In this document: positions 44,944 to 47,013 of the stretch, piece by piece
Layout: the number at the start of each line of letters is the position of its first letter
Position numbering within the stretch: position 1 is the stretch's first letter
Assembly: GCA_947625975.1 (NCBI GenBank)
Contig: CANQQL010000003.1
Coordinates: 1 to 47,013, forward strand
Source: an uncultured Bacilli bacterium
Lineage (GTDB): Bacteria; Bacillota_I; Bacilli_A; RFN20; CAG-826
DNA length: 47,013 nucleotides
Direction of reading: 5' to 3'
Notes under the pieces: generated by a model
What the model saw: the letters and a program-made list of their open reading frames with translations, nothing else
Told to the model about the DNA's origin: nothing
Database searches by the model: none
Made by a program: the position numbers and the translations under genes

Positions 44944-46128
44944 ATGGATTTATTTGATAAATGTAAACATATGGATAGAGTGGATTTTATTAAAAAAGAA
45001 GGCATTTATCCTTACTTTCAGGCTTTGTCAACGGGACAAGATGTACAAGTTGAGATGGCCGGTAGAAGTGTTGTGATGATAGGCTCGAATAATTACTTAG
45101 GCTTGACTTCTGACAAACGTGTAATTGATGCAGGCGTTGAGGCGTTAAAGAAATACGGATCTGGTTGTTCGGGATCAAGATTTTTAAATGGTACGTTAGA
45201 TTTGCATATACAACTTGAAAAGGAGTTGGCAGAATTTTTACATAAAGAAGCGGTAATGACTTTCTCGACCGGATTTCAGACTAATTTAGGAATAATTTCT
45301 GCGATTGCAGGATTAGGAGATTATATTGTTTGTGACAGAGAAAATCATGCATCTATTTATGATGGCTGTCGCTTAAGTTATGCGAAAATGCTCCGCTATA
45401 AACATGCGGATATGGAAGATTTAGAGAATGTTTTAAAGAGCATACCAAGCGATAAAGGAATCTTAATTGTTACAGATGGTGTTTTTTCCATGGGTGGAGA
45501 TATTGCAAAACTTCCGGAAATTGTTGCTTTGGCTCGCAAATATGGTGCAAGAGTTATGGTTGATGATGCCCATGGTTTAGGCGTGTTAGGAGAACATGGA
45601 AGAGGAACAGCGGAATATTATGATTTAGAAGATCAAGTTGATATTTATATGGGAACTTTCTCCAAATCATTAGCATCCCTTGGAGGCTATATGGCTGCCA
45701 AAAAAGAAGTTATCGAATATGTTAAACATAATTCACGTCCTTATATTTTCTCGGCATCTATTACTCCCGCATGTGCAGCTTGTGCTTTAGCAGCGTTAAG
45801 AATTATTAAAGAAGAACCTGATAGACCAAAAAAATTATTAGAGTTATCAGCCTATATGCGAACAGGTTTAAAGAAATTAGGTGTGCCAATTATTGATTCT
45901 AATACACCAATTATTCCAATCTATGTATATGATGATGTTAAGGCTTTTAAAGCTTGCCATTTATTATTGGAACGCGGTGTCTATGTTAATCCTGTTGTGT
46001 CTCCTGCAACACCAGAAGGTTTTGCACTTTTACGAACAAGTTATACTGCAACACATACTAAAGAACAATTAGACTATGCCATGAAGCAGATTAAAGATGT
46101 TCTGGTGGAATTAGAGGTAATTAAATAA
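44944..46128 (+). CDS. PLP-dependent alpha-oxoamine synthase, serine palmitoyltransferase (SPT)-type
   Basis: GIYPYF, GSNNYLGL, GSGCSGSRFLNGTLDLH, STGFQTNLG, NHASIYDG, DGVFSMGGD, DDAHG, PLP-lysine motif GTFSKS, IFSAS, RTSYTATH. Confidence 0.8.
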   Translation: MDLFDKCKHMDRVDFIKKEGIYPYFQALSTGQDVQVEMAGRSVVMIGSNNYLGLTSDKRVIDAGVEALKKYGSGCSGSRFLNGTLDLHIQLEKELAEFLHKEAVMTFSTGFQTNLGIISAIAGLGDYIVCDRENHASIYDGCRLSYAKMLRYKHADMEDLENVLKSIPSDKGILIVTDGVFSMGGDIAKLPEIVALARKYGARVMVDDAHGLGVLGEHGRGTAEYYDLEDQVDIYMGTFSKSLASLGGYMAAKKEVIEYVKHNSRPYIFSASITPACAACALAALRIIKEEPDRPKKLLELSAYMRTGLKKLGVPIIDSNTPIIPIYVYDDVKAFKACHLLLERGVYVNPVVSPATPEGFALLRTSYTATHTKEQLDYAMKQIKDVLVELEVIK

Positions 46129-46901
46129 TGCCGGTTGTGGTAATAACTGGTGTCAGTAGCGGAATTGGCAAAGATCTTGCTGAATTATTAATTAATTCCG
46201 GATTTACGGTATATGGTTTAGCACGTAGGGAAACAGATATTAATGGATTACATTATTTAAAATGTGATGTTACTAATTTAGAAAATATTAAAATTGTAAG
46301 AAATATTATTGCTGAAAAGGAAAAAACAATAGATGTTCTTATCAATAATGCCGGTATGGGCATAGCAGGTTCTATTTTAGATAGTAATTACGAAGATATC
46401 GAAGCGATATTTAAGACGAATGTTATGGGAGTAATTACGGTAACAAAAGAATTTGCTCCGTTACTTAGTGAAGGCGGGAAAATTATTAACATTGGATCGG
46501 TTGCCGGAGATTTGACAATACCTTATCAAGGATTTTATTCAATGAGTAAATCGGCGGTGGATAAATTTAGCGAATGTCTTTCCATTGAATTAAATGCCAA
46601 AAAAATAAAAGTTACCACAATATTACCCGGTGATACAAAAACTGAATTTACGAAAAGCCGAAAAACTGTAATTAAAGATGATCAAAATGGGAAAGCTTTA
46701 AAATCTATCAAAAAAATGGAAAAAGATGAACAAAATGGTGCTTCACCACGTAAAGTTTCTCGGGTCATTCTTAAAATAATAAAGAGAAAAAATCCGCCGG
46801 TTAGAGTTGCAGTTGGATTTTCTTATAAATTAATAATATTTCTACAAAGAATTTTACCAAGAAAATGGGTTTTAGGATTAATTAGAAGATTATATGCATA
46901 A
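46128..46901 (+). CDS. Classical SDR oxidoreductase, 3-ketodihydrosphingosine reductase-like
   Basis: TGVSSGIG, DVLINNAGMGI, IPYQGFYSMSK (YxxxK), PGDTKT.FT; TAATG-coupled to the SPT-like gene. Confidence 0.75.
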   Translation: MPVVVITGVSSGIGKDLAELLINSGFTVYGLARRETDINGLHYLKCDVTNLENIKIVRNIIAEKEKTIDVLINNAGMGIAGSILDSNYEDIEAIFKTNVMGVITVTKEFAPLLSEGGKIINIGSVAGDLTIPYQGFYSMSKSAVDKFSECLSIELNAKKIKVTTILPGDTKTEFTKSRKTVIKDDQNGKALKSIKKMEKDEQNGASPRKVSRVILKIIKRKNPPVRVAVGFSYKLIIFLQRILPRKWVLGLIRRLYA

Positions 46902-46927
46902 GGGTGTAATCACCCTTATTTTTTTTA
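46898..46927 (+). terminator. Intrinsic terminator closing the SPT-SDR operon
   Basis: ATAAGGGTG-TAAT-CACCCTTAT followed by a T run. Confidence 0.88.
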
Positions 46928-47013
46928 TTAAGCTTAATTAAAATTAAAACTTCAAAAATTCGAAGACGAAAAGCACAATAAAAAAAGTAACTTCAAAATA
47001 GAGATATATTGAG

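Noticed and set aside
1506-46072. Numerous 60-120 aa antisense or alternate-frame ORFs in the ORF track (e.g. 1506-1727, 4181-4396, 12359-12724, 17552-17899, 39574-39819, 44254-44514)
   Set aside because: They overlap well-supported genes, lack an RBS and show no recognisable motifs, so they are shadow ORFs.
44944-46128. Annotation as BioF (8-amino-7-oxononanoate synthase) or Kbl
   Set aside because: No bio or tdh genes are adjacent; the motifs GSRFLNGT and GTFSKS and the coupled SDR fit SPT better. Not fully excluded without a phylogeny.
1-47013. Mollicute genetic code 4 (TGA = Trp)
   Set aside because: TGA ends spoVT, spoIIE and lysS at their expected C-termini, and Trp residues are encoded by TGG.
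1-47013. CRISPR arrays, IS elements, prophage, integrase, rRNA/tRNA, riboswitches or T-boxes
   Set aside because: No regularly spaced repeats, transposase or integrase motifs, or cloverleaf/rRNA-like GC-rich stretches were seen; intergenic regions are mostly too short.

Overview
Core-chromosome window of a low-GC Bacillota (class Bacilli; standard code 11; it looks like a reduced-genome gut-type lineage, but I cannot assign the taxon from this sequence alone). I found no mobile elements, CRISPR arrays or rRNA/tRNA genes. The first ~27 kb is two condensed Bacillus subtilis-like syntenic blocks: pth-mfd-spoVT-rqcP-yabP-yabQ-divIC-spoIIE-tilS-ftsH-dusB-lysS-clpC, then rpsF-ssb-rpsR-yybS-gdpP-rplI-dnaB-yycJ-rlmH. 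The remaining ~20 kb is mostly envelope and lipid genes. Three signals stand out. (1) A two-gene operon at 44944-46901 encodes a serine-palmitoyltransferase-type alpha-oxoamine synthase coupled to a 3-ketosphinganine-reductase-like SDR. This is a candidate sphingolipid (long-chain base) pathway in a Gram-positive lineage not generally known to make sphingolipids, and it lies directly behind a BusR-like c-di-AMP-type regulator. (2) A sporulation regulon appears readable in the intergenic DNA: a Spo0A box with 21-bp promoter spacing at spoIIE, sigmaE-like promoters at yabP and murA, a sigmaG-like promoter at a DUF1540 gene, a sigmaF-like promoter at clpC, and a cluster of Spo0A boxes at an orphan operon. 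(3) Two full-length apparent pseudo-enzymes (a UDP-glucose dehydrogenase-like protein and an SGNH-like lipoprotein) sit in those putatively sporulation-controlled operons. rsuA carries an in-frame TAG. All family calls come from motif recognition by eye and my recollection of reference sequences; no database searches were run.
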